Positions 50,319 through 60,336 of a stretch of 64,000 bases of DNA are shown here, one piece after another (the first letter of the stretch is position 1; every line of letters starts with the position of its first letter). The position numbers and the translations under genes are program-made. Under the pieces are notes generated by a model that saw nothing but the letters and a program-made list of their open reading frames with translations, made no database searches and had not been told where the DNA came from. This stretch comes from an uncultured Candidatus Rokubacteria bacterium (GTDB lineage: Bacteria > Methylomirabilota > Methylomirabilia > Rokubacteriales > DASRDR01), in the NCBI GenBank assembly GCA_963708025.1, contig CAVPSB010000032.1:288001-352000 (forward strand), in the 5' to 3' direction.

Positions 50319-50984
50319 TCACGGGCTGTCGTCCCGCGAGGCAAGATACATCGCCATCAGCCGCGCCAGCACGATCGTGCCGAACGCGAACCCCGTGAAG
50401 GCCTCGAGCGTCGCGAGCGAGCGGGCCCACCCGTGGACAGGCGCGATGTCCCCGTACCCCACGGACAGCATCGTGACGAGGCTGAAGTAGAGCGCCGTGT
50501 CGAACTGCGGGTGACCATCGGCGTCCACGACGGGCACGGTGAACGCTCCACCGACCAGTTGATCCACCAGCAGGAACGCAAATGCCCAGGTGATCCCGAG
50601 CATGAGGTAGCTTCCCATGGCGCCCGCCAGCACATCGCGGGTAACCTGCCGGCTGCGCAGGACACCGCCGAGGAACAGCCCCGTGGCGTACGCGAAGAAC
50701 AGCAGGGCCGTGATCGTCGATCCGACGGGCGGGACCAGAGCAGGGAGGCTCAGCCACCGCGCGTTGGTCGCCGCGCTGGCCAGGGCGAGGCTGCCGGCGA
50801 CCACGAGGTGGCGTCGGTCGGTCGCCACGGCGTAGACTGCGAGCAGCGGGATCGCGAGCCCGAACACCCCGGTGATCCTCTCCCCCACACCCAGCACACG
50901 GAGCACGGGCGAGAGCACGAAGGTGGCAAGCAGTCCCACCAGCACGACCGTGTAAGGCGCCAGCGGGTAGGATCGCTGCACCAT
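50319..50984 (-). CDS. Potassium channel family (Ion_trans_2) membrane protein
   Basis: YFSLVTMLSVGYGDIAP pore motif after several TM helices. Confidence 0.85.
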   Translation of the reverse strand: MVQRSYPLAPYTVVLVGLLATFVLSPVLRVLGVGERITGVFGLAIPLLAVYAVATDRRHLVVAGSLALASAATNARWLSLPALVPPVGSTITALLFFAYATGLFLGGVLRSRQVTRDVLAGAMGSYLMLGITWAFAFLLVDQLVGGAFTVPVVDADGHPQFDTALYFSLVTMLSVGYGDIAPVHGWARSLATLEAFTGFAFGTIVLARLMAMYLASRDDSP

Positions 50985-51199
50985 CGGGAGTCTTCCCGGT
51001 ACGGGCATCCGATGAGGCCTCCTCGAATCGACAGTACGCGCCCCGACCTCTCCCCGTGCCCCTAGCCCGGACACCACGATCGCGCCCCGGGGAGACCGTC
51101 GTCAAGGGCCGGGCCGTGACCGAGGAAGGGGAGTGGGCGAGCGGTGAGGCCGCCTTGCGCACGCGGGAGACGGCCACGACCGTGTCGATCGAGCGCTAA

Positions 51200-51400
51200 A
51201 ATGCAGAGAGAGGGGATCCCGTCTGCGGCTTCGGTCCGATCTCTCGCCTGCAGGTCGCTCGCCTGCGTGGAGGAGCAGATGGGCCACTACTCGGTCAAGG
51301 TGACCGTCAACATCTACGGGAAGCTGGTGCCGGGCGCCAACAAGGCGGCGGTGGATCGGCTGGACGCCGTGGAGGACGCGGTGCGGAAGGCACAACCATC
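51200..51400 (+). pseudogene. Tyrosine integrase C-terminal relic
   Basis: SLACVEEQMGHYSVKVTVNIYGKLVPGANKAAVDRLD matches box II (GH...Y) and the tail of phage integrases; the N-terminal catalytic part is absent. Confidence 0.75.
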
Positions 51401-51434
51401 CGCAACCCCCGCGCAACCGACATCCCGAAAAGCA

Positions 51435-51493
51435 GAATCCGCGGAGCCGGGGCGTCCCGGAACCCCGCGGATTCAAATGGTGGAGCTGAGGGG
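51435..51493 (-). mobile_element. Relic att site: tRNA-Ala/tmRNA-like 3' end plus adjacent hairpin
   Basis: Minus strand of 51478-51493 reads CCCCTCAGCTCCACCA, followed by inverted repeat GAATCCGCGG/CCGCGGATTC (51435-51474), next to the integrase end. Confidence 0.65.
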
Positions 51494-51776
51494 TGCTGTC
51501 CTTGACGGTGTCCGCGTCGAGACACTCGTGCTGCCAATGCCACGATGGGCACAGGGTCCCCGATGACCGGCGCGCAGCCGCGGCGATCGGTCCACCTCTT
51601 GCGAATGGTTCCGGGGGGCGCCGTGTCTTCACTGCAACCGGCGCCCAGCAGTTCGGGTTCGAGGCCGACACCTGGCTCGGGAGCCGGGACCGGGGCATCC
51701 GGCCACATCAGCTCGGTCCCGATCTCGAAGCCCACCTCGAGGAAGCCACGCGTCGGCGCCCGGAGTCTCGTCCCTG

Positions 51777-52052
51777 TCACCTGGCTGCAGAGGCGAACAG
51801 AATCCACAGCCCGATGGCGATGAAGCCGACGCCGGCGACGCTCCGGAGAAGGGCGGGCGGCAGCCAGCTCCCGATCTGGGCACCGACGACCACCGCCAGG
51901 GCGCTCGATACCACGAGGGCGGCAGCGGCCGCGAGAAACACGGCCGGCTTGCTCACCGCGGGATTCGCGGCAAAGATCAGCGTCGCGAGCTGGGTCTTGT
52001 CGCCGAGCTCCGCCAGGAAGACGCTGACGAACACCGTGACGTATGCGCGCAT
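51777..52052 (-). CDS. TMEM165/GDT1 (UPF0016) single-domain Mn2+/Ca2+ transporter
   Basis: FLAELGDKTQLAT signature; ATG at 52052 with GGGAGGAG. Confidence 0.9.
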   Translation of the reverse strand: MRAYVTVFVSVFLAELGDKTQLATLIFAANPAVSKPAVFLAAAAALVVSSALAVVVGAQIGSWLPPALLRSVAGVGFIAIGLWILFASAAR

Positions 52053-52065
52053 GAGCTCCTCCCGT

Positions 52066-52521
52066 TCACCGGGTCGAGGCGGGCCACGCGTCTGCCTCGG
52101 TCGATCGAGCGGTCGGAGCGTCCGGCCGTGGCACCAGCAGGAGCGGCGTCCGGGCTCGGCGCAGCACGGCCTCGGCGACGCTCCCGAGGGCGAGGCGGCG
52201 CAGCCCACCCCGGCCGTGCGTCGTCATCACGATGAGGTCCACCTTGTGATGGCGTGCCACCTTCAGGATCGCGCCGGCCGGATCCCCTTCCCAGACGGAG
52301 ACCCGCACGTTCCGGCAGCCCTCAGCGGCCAGTCGTTCGGCGACGCCGGTCAGGTACTCCTGGCACTCCCGCACTCCGCCTTTCCCGTACGGGCGGGACA
52401 CTGCCGTCCGCAGGACCTCGATCCGGGTGCCCGAGCTCCGGGTGAGCTCGATCACGCGTGGCAGCACGCTTGCGGCCAGGGCGGACCCGTCGAGGGGAAC
52501 GAGGATGCGTTGCGCGAGCAT
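52066..52521 (-). CDS. Universal stress protein
   Basis: RILVPLDGS, DLIVMTTHGRGG, LGSVAEAVLR. Confidence 0.92.
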   Translation of the reverse strand: MLAQRILVPLDGSALAASVLPRVIELTRSSGTRIEVLRTAVSRPYGKGGVRECQEYLTGVAERLAAEGCRNVRVSVWEGDPAGAILKVARHHKVDLIVMTTHGRGGLRRLALGSVAEAVLRRARTPLLLVPRPDAPTARSTEADAWPASTR

Positions 52522-52636
52522 CGTGGCCTCCGTTGTCGAGTATCAGAGGTGCAGGATCAGCCCTCGCCACGCCCCGCCGGCGCGGCTCGCGTGCCTCCGG
52601 CGGCCTGCGCCGCGGCGCCCCCGGGCGGTGTGATGC

Positions 52637-53968
52637 TCAGCCAGGAGAACGGGCCGTGGTGGGCGGACCCCCGTCCGGCTCCAGGAACAGCTCGTCCGTG
52701 TCGTCCTCGAACCCGAAGAGCTCGGCATACCGGCCCCAGTCGATCGCGGTCGCGAGCTGCCGGCGGGCCTCCTCGGCGCTGAAGTGCTTCTCCAGCACGT
52801 CGAGGAAGAACGCGTCGGGGAGCCGCCGGTCGTGTTTGGCCTGGAGCGCGGCGTGGATCCGCGAGACCAGGGTCGGCCGGCTCAGCAGATGGCGGCGGAA
52901 CAGGTCCTTCCGCACCAGGATCGGGGCCTCCACGAACGCGCTCCCCTCCGCCGTCAGCACGGCGTCCCCGTCCTCGACCCGCGCGAATCCCAGGAGCGCC
53001 GCGGCATCGACCAGCGGCAGCAGGTCGTCCACCTCGAGCTGGAGGTCGCCGGCCAGCCGGTGGAGGTCCTCGCGCCCGCCCCGCTCGGCCAGGAGCTCGA
53101 GGAATCCCGTGAGGGCGCCGACCCGGGCGTGCGGCAGGGGCGGGAGGGACGGGCGGGCCGGGGCGACCCGGCGCGCCTCCTCGGGGGTCTCGGGCCGGGT
53201 CATCAGCTGGTAGAGGCGGTCAACCAGGGCCTGGACCTCGGCGGCGTCCCGGGCCCGGGGCCGCTGCAGGTCAACGGGCACCTCGGCCCGGACGTGCCCG
53301 GGGTTCGAGCCGAAGACCACGATGCGGTCGGCGAGGAGCACGGCTTCCTCGATGTTGTGCGTCACGACGAGCATCGCGCGTGTCGGGATCGTCTGCCCGA
53401 GCCAGAGCTCCATGAGCTCGCCCCGGAGACTCTCCGCCGTCAGGACGTCGAGCGCCGAGAACGGCTCGTCCATGAGGAGGACATCCGGCTGGACCACGAG
53501 CGCGCGGGCGAGCCCGACCCGCTGCCGCATGCCCCCGGAGAGCTCCCGCGGGTACGCGGATTCGAAGCCGTCGAGCCCGATGAGGTCGATCATCTGGAGG
53601 GCCTTCGGCCGCCGCACCGCGGGCGGGACCCCCTGGGCCTCGAGCCCCAGCTCGACGTTGCCGAGCACGTCGAGCCAGGGTAACAGGGCAAACGCCTGGA
53701 AGGCCATCGCGACGCCGGGACAGGGACCCGCGACGGGCCGGCCGCGATAGCGGACCTCGCCCTCGTTGGGTGGAATCAGCCCGGCCAGGATCCGGAGGAG
53801 CGTGCACTTGCCCGAGCCGGACTTTCCCAGAAGCGCCACGATCTCCCCATCCCCGAGGCTGACGTCCACCGCCTGCAGGACGGTGTACTCCCCGGTTCCG
53901 TCGGGGAGCGGAAAGCGGCGGGCCACCTGCCGGGCGTCCAGGAGCAGTCCGTTCGAGCGCGCCGCCAC
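52637..53968 (-). CDS. NitT/TauT-family ABC ATP-binding protein with C-terminal AAA-associated domain
   Basis: GKSGSGKCT, LSGGMRQRVG, MDEPFSALDVLTAE, C-terminal IDWGRYAELF; GTG at 53968. Confidence 0.85.
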   Translation of the reverse strand: MAARSNGLLLDARQVARRFPLPDGTGEYTVLQAVDVSLGDGEIVALLGKSGSGKCTLLRILAGLIPPNEGEVRYRGRPVAGPCPGVAMAFQAFALLPWLDVLGNVELGLEAQGVPPAVRRPKALQMIDLIGLDGFESAYPRELSGGMRQRVGLARALVVQPDVLLMDEPFSALDVLTAESLRGELMELWLGQTIPTRAMLVVTHNIEEAVLLADRIVVFGSNPGHVRAEVPVDLQRPRARDAAEVQALVDRLYQLMTRPETPEEARRVAPARPSLPPLPHARVGALTGFLELLAERGGREDLHRLAGDLQLEVDDLLPLVDAAALLGFARVEDGDAVLTAEGSAFVEAPILVRKDLFRRHLLSRPTLVSRIHAALQAKHDRRLPDAFFLDVLEKHFSAEEARRQLATAIDWGRYAELFGFEDDTDELFLEPDGGPPTTARSPG

Positions 53969-53970
53969 GG

Positions 53971-55240
53971 TCAGCCGAGTCGGTAGCGGCTCTCCGCGAG
54001 CCGCGACAGCGGGTGCCAGAGCATTCGGTTCACCCCCACCACGTACGCGCTCATCACCGCGATGCCCAGGACGATGCGCGGCCAGTCGCCGCCGGCGGTC
54101 GCCTCCGTGATGTACGCCCCGATCCCGGTCGCTGTCAACCGCGTGTCCCCCCAGGTCACGACCTCGGCGACGATGCTCGCGTTCCATGCGCCTCCGGCGC
54201 CGGTGAGCGCCCCGGTCACCCAGGCGGGAAAGATCGCGGGCAGAATCAGAACGCGCCAGCGAAGCCACCCGCGGATGCCCAGATTCCGCGCCATCTCGCG
54301 GAGGTCATTCGGCATCGCCATCGCACCGGCGATGGTGTTGAAGAGCACGTACCATTGGGCGCCGAGCGCCATCAGCGCCGCGCTCCCCCACTCCAGGCTC
54401 AGGTGAACCCGCAGGAAGACGATCGTCACGAACGGGAAGAGAAAGTTGGCGGGAAAGGAGGCCAGGACCTGGGCCACCGGCTGAGCGACCTGGGCCGCGC
54501 GCGGGCTCAGCCCGATCCCGACGCCCACCGGCGTCCAGACGAGGCCGGAGAAGGCGACGACCGCCACGACCCGGAGCAGGGTCAGGCCACCGAGCCCCAC
54601 GACGCGCAGGCCCTCGCCCCACGCCACCCGGGTCATGACGAAGGCCGCGCCCTGGATCGCGAAGAGCAACAGGCCCGCCGCCAGCACGGCCGTCAGGACC
54701 CAGTCCTTCAGATACTCCCGCCGCGGGTCCGGCGGGCGGCCGGGCGCCGGACGGGAGCGCCGCCAGATCCGGTCAACCGCCTCGTTCAGCCACCCCGCTC
54801 CGACGTCCGCCCAGGCGACGAGACGAGAGCGCCGGAGGAGATCGAGGAGGGCGGAGCGGGGCACGTCGGCGGCGCCCGATTCCTCGAGCTTGAACCGCTC
54901 GGCCCAGGCCACCAGCGGTCGCCAGAACCCGCGGTCAACCAGCACGATCATGGCGGTCATGGTCAGCAACGCCCAGCCCATCGCCTCGAGGTCCTTGGCC
55001 TTCACGGCCAGGGCCATGTACGACCCGACGCCGGGAAGCAGCCACTCCTGGTTGAGCACGGTGATGGCTTCGCTCGCGGCGAGAAAGAACCAGCCGCCGC
55101 CGAACGACATCATGCCGTTCCAGACCAGCGGGATCACGGCGGCCGGCAGCTCCAGGCGGGTAAAGCGCTGCCAGGGGGACAGCCGGAAGACCCGGGTGGC
55201 CTCGATCTGGTCGCGGGGCAGGGTCAGGAGCGAGTGGTAG
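53971..55240 (-). pseudogene. NitT/TauT-family duplicated ABC permease, 5'-truncated
   Basis: Begins abruptly at YHSL..LPRD..EA..FRLSPWQRF; WNGMMSFGGGWFF and ASFPANFLFP motifs present; first TM segments absent. Confidence 0.7.
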
Positions 55241-55419
55241 TCACGGGCGCGGTCATCGTCGTCCACGGACCGGAGTATCATCCCGCATACATGAAGGAAT
55301 CCTGAAGCGTGACGCCGGTCCCGACGTCGTAGAATCGAAGCCAACGCAGGCCACGCCGTGCGGCTCCGGCGACCCGCCGGTGACTCCGGGCCGAGGGCGG
55401 AGTCATCGACGTCACGGCC

Positions 55420-58068
55420 ATGGCGAGCCCGGCGGGCGGCACGGGGCGGGAGGCGTTGGCGACGATGGCAGACCCGGCAAGACCGGTGACGAGGACGGCG
55501 GCCCGCGAGCCACGTGAGGCATCGCCATCCGGGACCCTCCCGGTCGCCACCCTCTCGGCCGATCCCTCGGCCCCCCCACTGTCAGCCGTGTTCGAGCTGC
55601 TCCACGCGTCGCCGCAGGGCCTCACCAGCGCAGAGGCGCGCCGCCGCCTCGCCGAGGTGGGACCGAACGAACCGGCGCCGCGTCAACGCGGCGCGGCGCT
55701 CGTCGACGTGCTCGCCTTTCTCGTCAATCCGCTCGTGATCATCCTGGTCATCGCCAGCGTGGTCTCCGCGATCCTGGGCGATCCCGTCAACGCCACCATC
55801 ATCATCCTGATGGTCGGGCTGAGCGTGGTCCTCAACTTTGTCCAGTCCTACCGGTCGCACCGGGCGGCCGACCGGCTCCGCGAAGAGGTGGCGCCCACGG
55901 CCAGCGTCCTGCGGGACGGGGCGTGGGCCGAGATTCCGCGCCGAGGCCTGGTTCCCGGCGACGTCATCCGGCTGACGGCCGGGGACCGTGTCCCGGCCGA
56001 CGCGCGGCTGATCGAGACGCGCGACCTGCACGTCCAGCAGGCGGCGCTCACGGGGGAATCGCTGCCGGTCGAGAAGGATGCGACCGATGCCCCGCCCGCC
56101 GCCCGGCAAGTCGCCGAGGCTCGCAACGTCATCTTTCTGGGCACCTCGATCGTGAGCGGGACCGGATTGGCCCTGGTCGTCGCCACCGGGCCCGCCACGG
56201 CCTTTGGCGATATCGCCGCCCGCCTCGGCAGCCGGCCGCCCGAGACCGAGTTCGAGCGCGGCACCCGCCACTTCGCGCTGCTGATCATGCGCACGGTCTT
56301 CTTCCTGGTGCTCTTCGTCCTGCTCGCCAGTGCCGTGCTGCATCGGCCCCCGCTGGAGTCCTTGCTGTTTGCCGTGGCCCTGGCCGTCGGCCTGACCCCG
56401 GAGTTCCTGCCGATGATCACCACCGTGACGCTGGCACAGGGCGCGCTCCGGATGGCGCGACACCGGGTCATCGTCAGGCATCTCGCCGCGATCGAGGACT
56501 TCGGGAGCCTGGAGATCCTGTGCAGCGACAAGACCGGCACCCTGACGACGGGCGAGATGCGGCTCGACCAGTGCCTCGACCCGCTCGGCCGGCCCGCCGA
56601 GCGGCCGTTCCTCCTCGCCTCCGTCAACAGCGCGCATGAGACCGGTATCCGCAGTCCGCTCGACGCGGCCATCCTCGCCCATCGGACGCTGGACGTCGCC
56701 GAGTATCGCAAGCTCGATGAGATCCCCTTCGATTTCGAGCGCCGGCGGCTCTCCGTCGTCGTGGAAACCGACGGCCGGCGGCTCCTGATCACGAAGGGGG
56801 CGCCGGAAGCGATCGTGGAGCGATGCACCGCGTACGAAGCGGACGGGCTGTCGGTGGCGCTGGATGCGACGGCGCGCCGTCGCTGCGCCACGACGTACGA
56901 GACGCCCAGCGCGCGAGGCGACCGCGTCCTCGCCGTCGCCTGCCGGGAGGTCCCGCCGCAGGCTCGCTACACGGCGGCCGACGAGGAGCAGCTGGTGCTG
57001 GTCGGCTTCATCACCTTTGCCGACCCGCCGATGAAGGATGCCGCGGAGTCGCTCGCGGCGCTCCGGCGGGACGGCGTCACCGTCAAGATCCTGACCGGCG
57101 ACAACGAACTGGTGGCGCGCCACGTCTGCGCGCAGGTGGGCCTCGATGGCGGTGAGGTGGTCCTGGGCGATCAGCTCGAGGGCATGACCGAGAGCGCGCT
57201 GGGGGCCGTTGCGGAGCGGACCACCGTCTTCGCCCGCGTCTCGCCGGGCCAGAAGAACCGGATCATCCTGGCGCTGAAGCACCGAGGGCACGTGGTCGGC
57301 TTTCTCGGCGATGGGATCAACGACGCCCCGTCGCTCCACGCGGCCGACGTCGGGATCTCCGTGTCGAACGCCGTCGACGTCGCGAAGGACGCCGCCGACA
57401 TCCTGCTGGGGGAGCGGAACCTGCGGGTGCTGCATCAGGGCATCCTGGAAGGGCGGAAGGCCTTTGCCAACGTGATGAAGTACCTGCTGATGGGCACCAG
57501 CTCGAACTTCGGCAACATGTTCAGCATGGCGGGGGCCGCGCTGTTCCTGCCCTTCCTGCCCATGCTCCCTACCCAGATCCTGCTCAACAACTTCCTGTAC
57601 GACCTCGCCCAGGTGACCATCCCCACCGATCACGTGGACGAGGCCTTCATCCGGAAGCCGCAGCGGTGGAACATCGCCACCATCCGGAACTTCATGCTCG
57701 TCATCGGACCGATCAGCTCGCTCTACGACTTCCTGACCTTCCTGGTCCTGCTCTGGGGGTTCCAGGCCTCCGCGCCGCTGTTCCACACCGGCTGGTTCGT
57801 GGAGTCGCTCGCCACACAGACCCTCGTCCTCTTCGTGATCCGGACAACGGGTAATCCACTCCACAGCCGGCCCAGCGTACCCCTCGCGACGACGACCATC
57901 CTCATGGTCCTCATCGGCGCCGTCTTGCCATTCACGCCGCTGGCGCCGCCCCTCGGGTTTGTCCCGCTGCCGCCGGCCTATCTCCTGTTCGTCGGCGCGG
58001 CGACGCTGACGTATCTGGCCTTCGTGGAGCTGGTCAAGCGACGGCTCATGGGCCGACTGATCGGATAG
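55420..58068 (+). CDS. mgtA: Magnesium-translocating P-type ATPase
   Basis: TGES, VGLTPEFLP, DKTGTLT, IPFDFERRR, GDGINDAP, SSNFGNMFS, GWFVES; start may be ATG at 55465. Confidence 0.88.
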   Translation: MASPAGGTGREALATMADPARPVTRTAAREPREASPSGTLPVATLSADPSAPPLSAVFELLHASPQGLTSAEARRRLAEVGPNEPAPRQRGAALVDVLAFLVNPLVIILVIASVVSAILGDPVNATIIILMVGLSVVLNFVQSYRSHRAADRLREEVAPTASVLRDGAWAEIPRRGLVPGDVIRLTAGDRVPADARLIETRDLHVQQAALTGESLPVEKDATDAPPAARQVAEARNVIFLGTSIVSGTGLALVVATGPATAFGDIAARLGSRPPETEFERGTRHFALLIMRTVFFLVLFVLLASAVLHRPPLESLLFAVALAVGLTPEFLPMITTVTLAQGALRMARHRVIVRHLAAIEDFGSLEILCSDKTGTLTTGEMRLDQCLDPLGRPAERPFLLASVNSAHETGIRSPLDAAILAHRTLDVAEYRKLDEIPFDFERRRLSVVVETDGRRLLITKGAPEAIVERCTAYEADGLSVALDATARRRCATTYETPSARGDRVLAVACREVPPQARYTAADEEQLVLVGFITFADPPMKDAAESLAALRRDGVTVKILTGDNELVARHVCAQVGLDGGEVVLGDQLEGMTESALGAVAERTTVFARVSPGQKNRIILALKHRGHVVGFLGDGINDAPSLHAADVGISVSNAVDVAKDAADILLGERNLRVLHQGILEGRKAFANVMKYLLMGTSSNFGNMFSMAGAALFLPFLPMLPTQILLNNFLYDLAQVTIPTDHVDEAFIRKPQRWNIATIRNFMLVIGPISSLYDFLTFLVLLWGFQASAPLFHTGWFVESLATQTLVLFVIRTTGNPLHSRPSVPLATTTILMVLIGAVLPFTPLAPPLGFVPLPPAYLLFVGAATLTYLAFVELVKRRLMGRLIG

Positions 58069-58108
58069 GCCGCTGGGCTCATCGGCCGGACCCGTCGGTC
58101 TGCGCCTA

Positions 58109-58136
58109 CGACGCCGGCGAAAGGCCGCCGGCGTCG
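58109..58136. other. 11-bp perfect hairpin between the two P-type ATPase genes
   Basis: CGACGCCGGCG-AAAGGC-CGCCGGCGTCG; no U-tract. Confidence 0.5.
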
Positions 58137-58146
58137 AACGGAGATC

Positions 58147-60045
58147 GTGATCGCGAACGCCTCGGGCCACGCGATACCGCGCCCATCGCCGCCGGCGGCG
58201 CCGAAACCGGCGTCGCGCAAAGACTGGTACATCACCGGAGGATCCCTCGCGGCGATTCTGCTCCACGTGGTCCTGCGCCATGGCATCGGGGCGGGGATCG
58301 TCGGCGACGTGCCGCTCTTCGCCGCCCTCCTCTTCGGCGGTGGCTCCCTGCTGTTCGATCTCCTGCGGAAGCTCGCGCGCCGGGATGTCGGGGCGGACCT
58401 TCTGGCGGGGATCGCGATCGTCACGTCGGTGCTCCTCGGGGAGTACCTCGCCGGTGCCCTCGTCGTCCTGATGCTGGCCGGTGGCACGGCGCTGGAGAGC
58501 TTCGCCGTCGACCGCGCCTCCTCGGCCCTGCACGCGCTCGCCCGGCGAAGCCCCTCGGTGGCGCATCGACGGGACGGGGATCGGCTGGAGGACATCGCGC
58601 TGGACGACGTGGCGGTTGGCGACGTGCTGGTCGTCGTCCCGCACGAGATCTGTCCGGTGGACGGCGTGGTCGTCGAGGGCCACGGCCTGATGGACGAGTC
58701 CTACCTGACGGGCGAGCCCTTCGAGATTCAGAAGACCCCCGGCGCCGAGGTCCTGTCCGGCGCGGTGAACGGTGACCGGGCGCTCACGATCCGCGCCGCG
58801 AGACTCGCGGTCGACTCCCGGTACGCCAAGGTCATGCAGGTGATGCGGGACACGGAGCAGAAGCGGCCGCGCCTGCGCCGGCTCGGCGACTGGCTGGGCG
58901 CGGTCTACACGCCCGTGGCCATGGCCGTCGCCCTGGGCGCCTGGCTCGCCACCGGCAACCCGGTCCGGTTCCTGGCCGTGCTCGTCATCGCGACGCCGTG
59001 TCCCCTGCTCATCGCCATCCCCGTCGCCATCATCGGCGCGATCTCGCTGGCGGCGAAGCGCGGCATCATCATCAAGAACCCGGCCGTGATGGAGCAGGTC
59101 GAGACGATCCGCACGATCATCTTCGACAAGACCGGCACCCTGACCTACGGCCGACCCCAGCTGACCGACCAGTTCCTGGCCCCTGGCGGGGATGCCCGGG
59201 AGCTGCTGCGGCTGGCCGCCAGCCTGGAGCAGTACTCGAAGCACCCCCTCGCCGGAGCGATCCTACGGGCCGCCCGGGAGGCGGGCGTGGCGCTCGACGC
59301 GGCCGCCGCGATGACGGAGCGACCGGGTGAGAGCCTCCGGGGGGCCATCGGCGGTCACGACGTCCTGATCACGGGACGTCGGGCCCTGGCGTCCCTCGAT
59401 CCCGCCACGGCCGCGAGCCTCCCGCCGGCCGGTCTGGGGCTGGAATGTATCGTGCTGCTCGACGGGCGCTTTGCCGGCATGTACCGCTTCCGCGATGCGC
59501 CGCGCGAAGAGAGCCGTCCCTTCGTCGGGCACCTGGCGGAGCGGCATGGCTTCCGGCGCGTGTTGCTCGTGTCGGGCGACCGGGAACCGGAGGTCGCCTA
59601 CCTCGCGCGAGAGGTTGGCATCACGGAGGTCCACGCCGGGAAGACCCCCGAGGAGAAGGTGGCGATCGTGGCGGAGGAGACCCGCCGGGCCCGCACGCTC
59701 TTCATCGGCGACGGGATCAACGACGCCCCGGCGCTCCTCGCCGCGACGGTCGGCGTGGCCTTCGGCCGGCAGAGCGACGTGACCGCCGAGGCGGCCGGAG
59801 CCGTCATCATGGAAGCGTCACTCACGCGCGTGGACGAGTTCTTTCACATCAGCCGGCGCATGCGGCGACTCGCCCTCCAGAGCGCGGTGGGTGGCATGCT
59901 GCTGAGTGTCCTCGGCATGGCGTTCGCCGCGACCGGGCTCCTCCCTCCCGTCGCGGGCGCCGTCGCGCAGGAAGTCATCGATGTCTGGGCGGTGCTCAAC
60001 GCCTTGCGCGTGCTGCTGCCGGGCCGGCCGCTGACCGACTTTTGA
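58147..60045 (+). CDS. Heavy-metal P1B-type ATPase, P1B-5-like
   Basis: TGEP, ATPCPL, DKTGTLT, SKHP, GDGINDAP, QEVID in the last TM; no hemerythrin tail. Confidence 0.9.
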   Translation: MIANASGHAIPRPSPPAAPKPASRKDWYITGGSLAAILLHVVLRHGIGAGIVGDVPLFAALLFGGGSLLFDLLRKLARRDVGADLLAGIAIVTSVLLGEYLAGALVVLMLAGGTALESFAVDRASSALHALARRSPSVAHRRDGDRLEDIALDDVAVGDVLVVVPHEICPVDGVVVEGHGLMDESYLTGEPFEIQKTPGAEVLSGAVNGDRALTIRAARLAVDSRYAKVMQVMRDTEQKRPRLRRLGDWLGAVYTPVAMAVALGAWLATGNPVRFLAVLVIATPCPLLIAIPVAIIGAISLAAKRGIIIKNPAVMEQVETIRTIIFDKTGTLTYGRPQLTDQFLAPGGDARELLRLAASLEQYSKHPLAGAILRAAREAGVALDAAAAMTERPGESLRGAIGGHDVLITGRRALASLDPATAASLPPAGLGLECIVLLDGRFAGMYRFRDAPREESRPFVGHLAERHGFRRVLLVSGDREPEVAYLAREVGITEVHAGKTPEEKVAIVAEETRRARTLFIGDGINDAPALLAATVGVAFGRQSDVTAEAAGAVIMEASLTRVDEFFHISRRMRRLALQSAVGGMLLSVLGMAFAATGLLPPVAGAVAQEVIDVWAVLNALRVLLPGRPLTDF

Positions 60046-60336
60046 GACGGACTCGCTGCGACAGTGACCCGGCCCGAAGGACTCCTGAAGATGGGGTCCC
60101 GCCCGACGGCGTACCGTTGACCCCGACGGATCTGGTGCCGTGCGATTCCTCCGGATCGAGGCCGATCGGCAGACGGCCCCGCAGCTCACGGAGAGAACCC
60201 GGGGGGTCGGCGTCGCGGCGGCTTCACCCGAGCAGCCGATCGAGAACGCGCTCCTCGAGAAGGCGAGCCAGCGGGATGCGTTCGGAGCCGTCCAGAAGCC
60301 GCTCTGGGCATTCCGGGATCCGGTCCTATCGGCGTC

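Noticed and set aside
51478-51560. Intact tRNA gene
   Set aside because: Only 16 nt of a 3' end match; no T-loop GTTCG, anticodon arm or D arm adjoining
55240-55420. Mg2+/Mn2+ riboswitch or leader peptide upstream of mgtA
   Set aside because: A hairpin and a 4-codon ORF (MKES) are present, but there is no M-box or yybP-ykoY consensus and no Pro-rich leader
55582-59244. 1220-aa minus-strand ORF and similar long ORFs (e.g. 651-2120, 13075-15171, 30701-32680, 37541-39547)
   Set aside because: Antisense or alternate-frame shadows of well-supported genes, expected in high-GC DNA; no recognisable motifs
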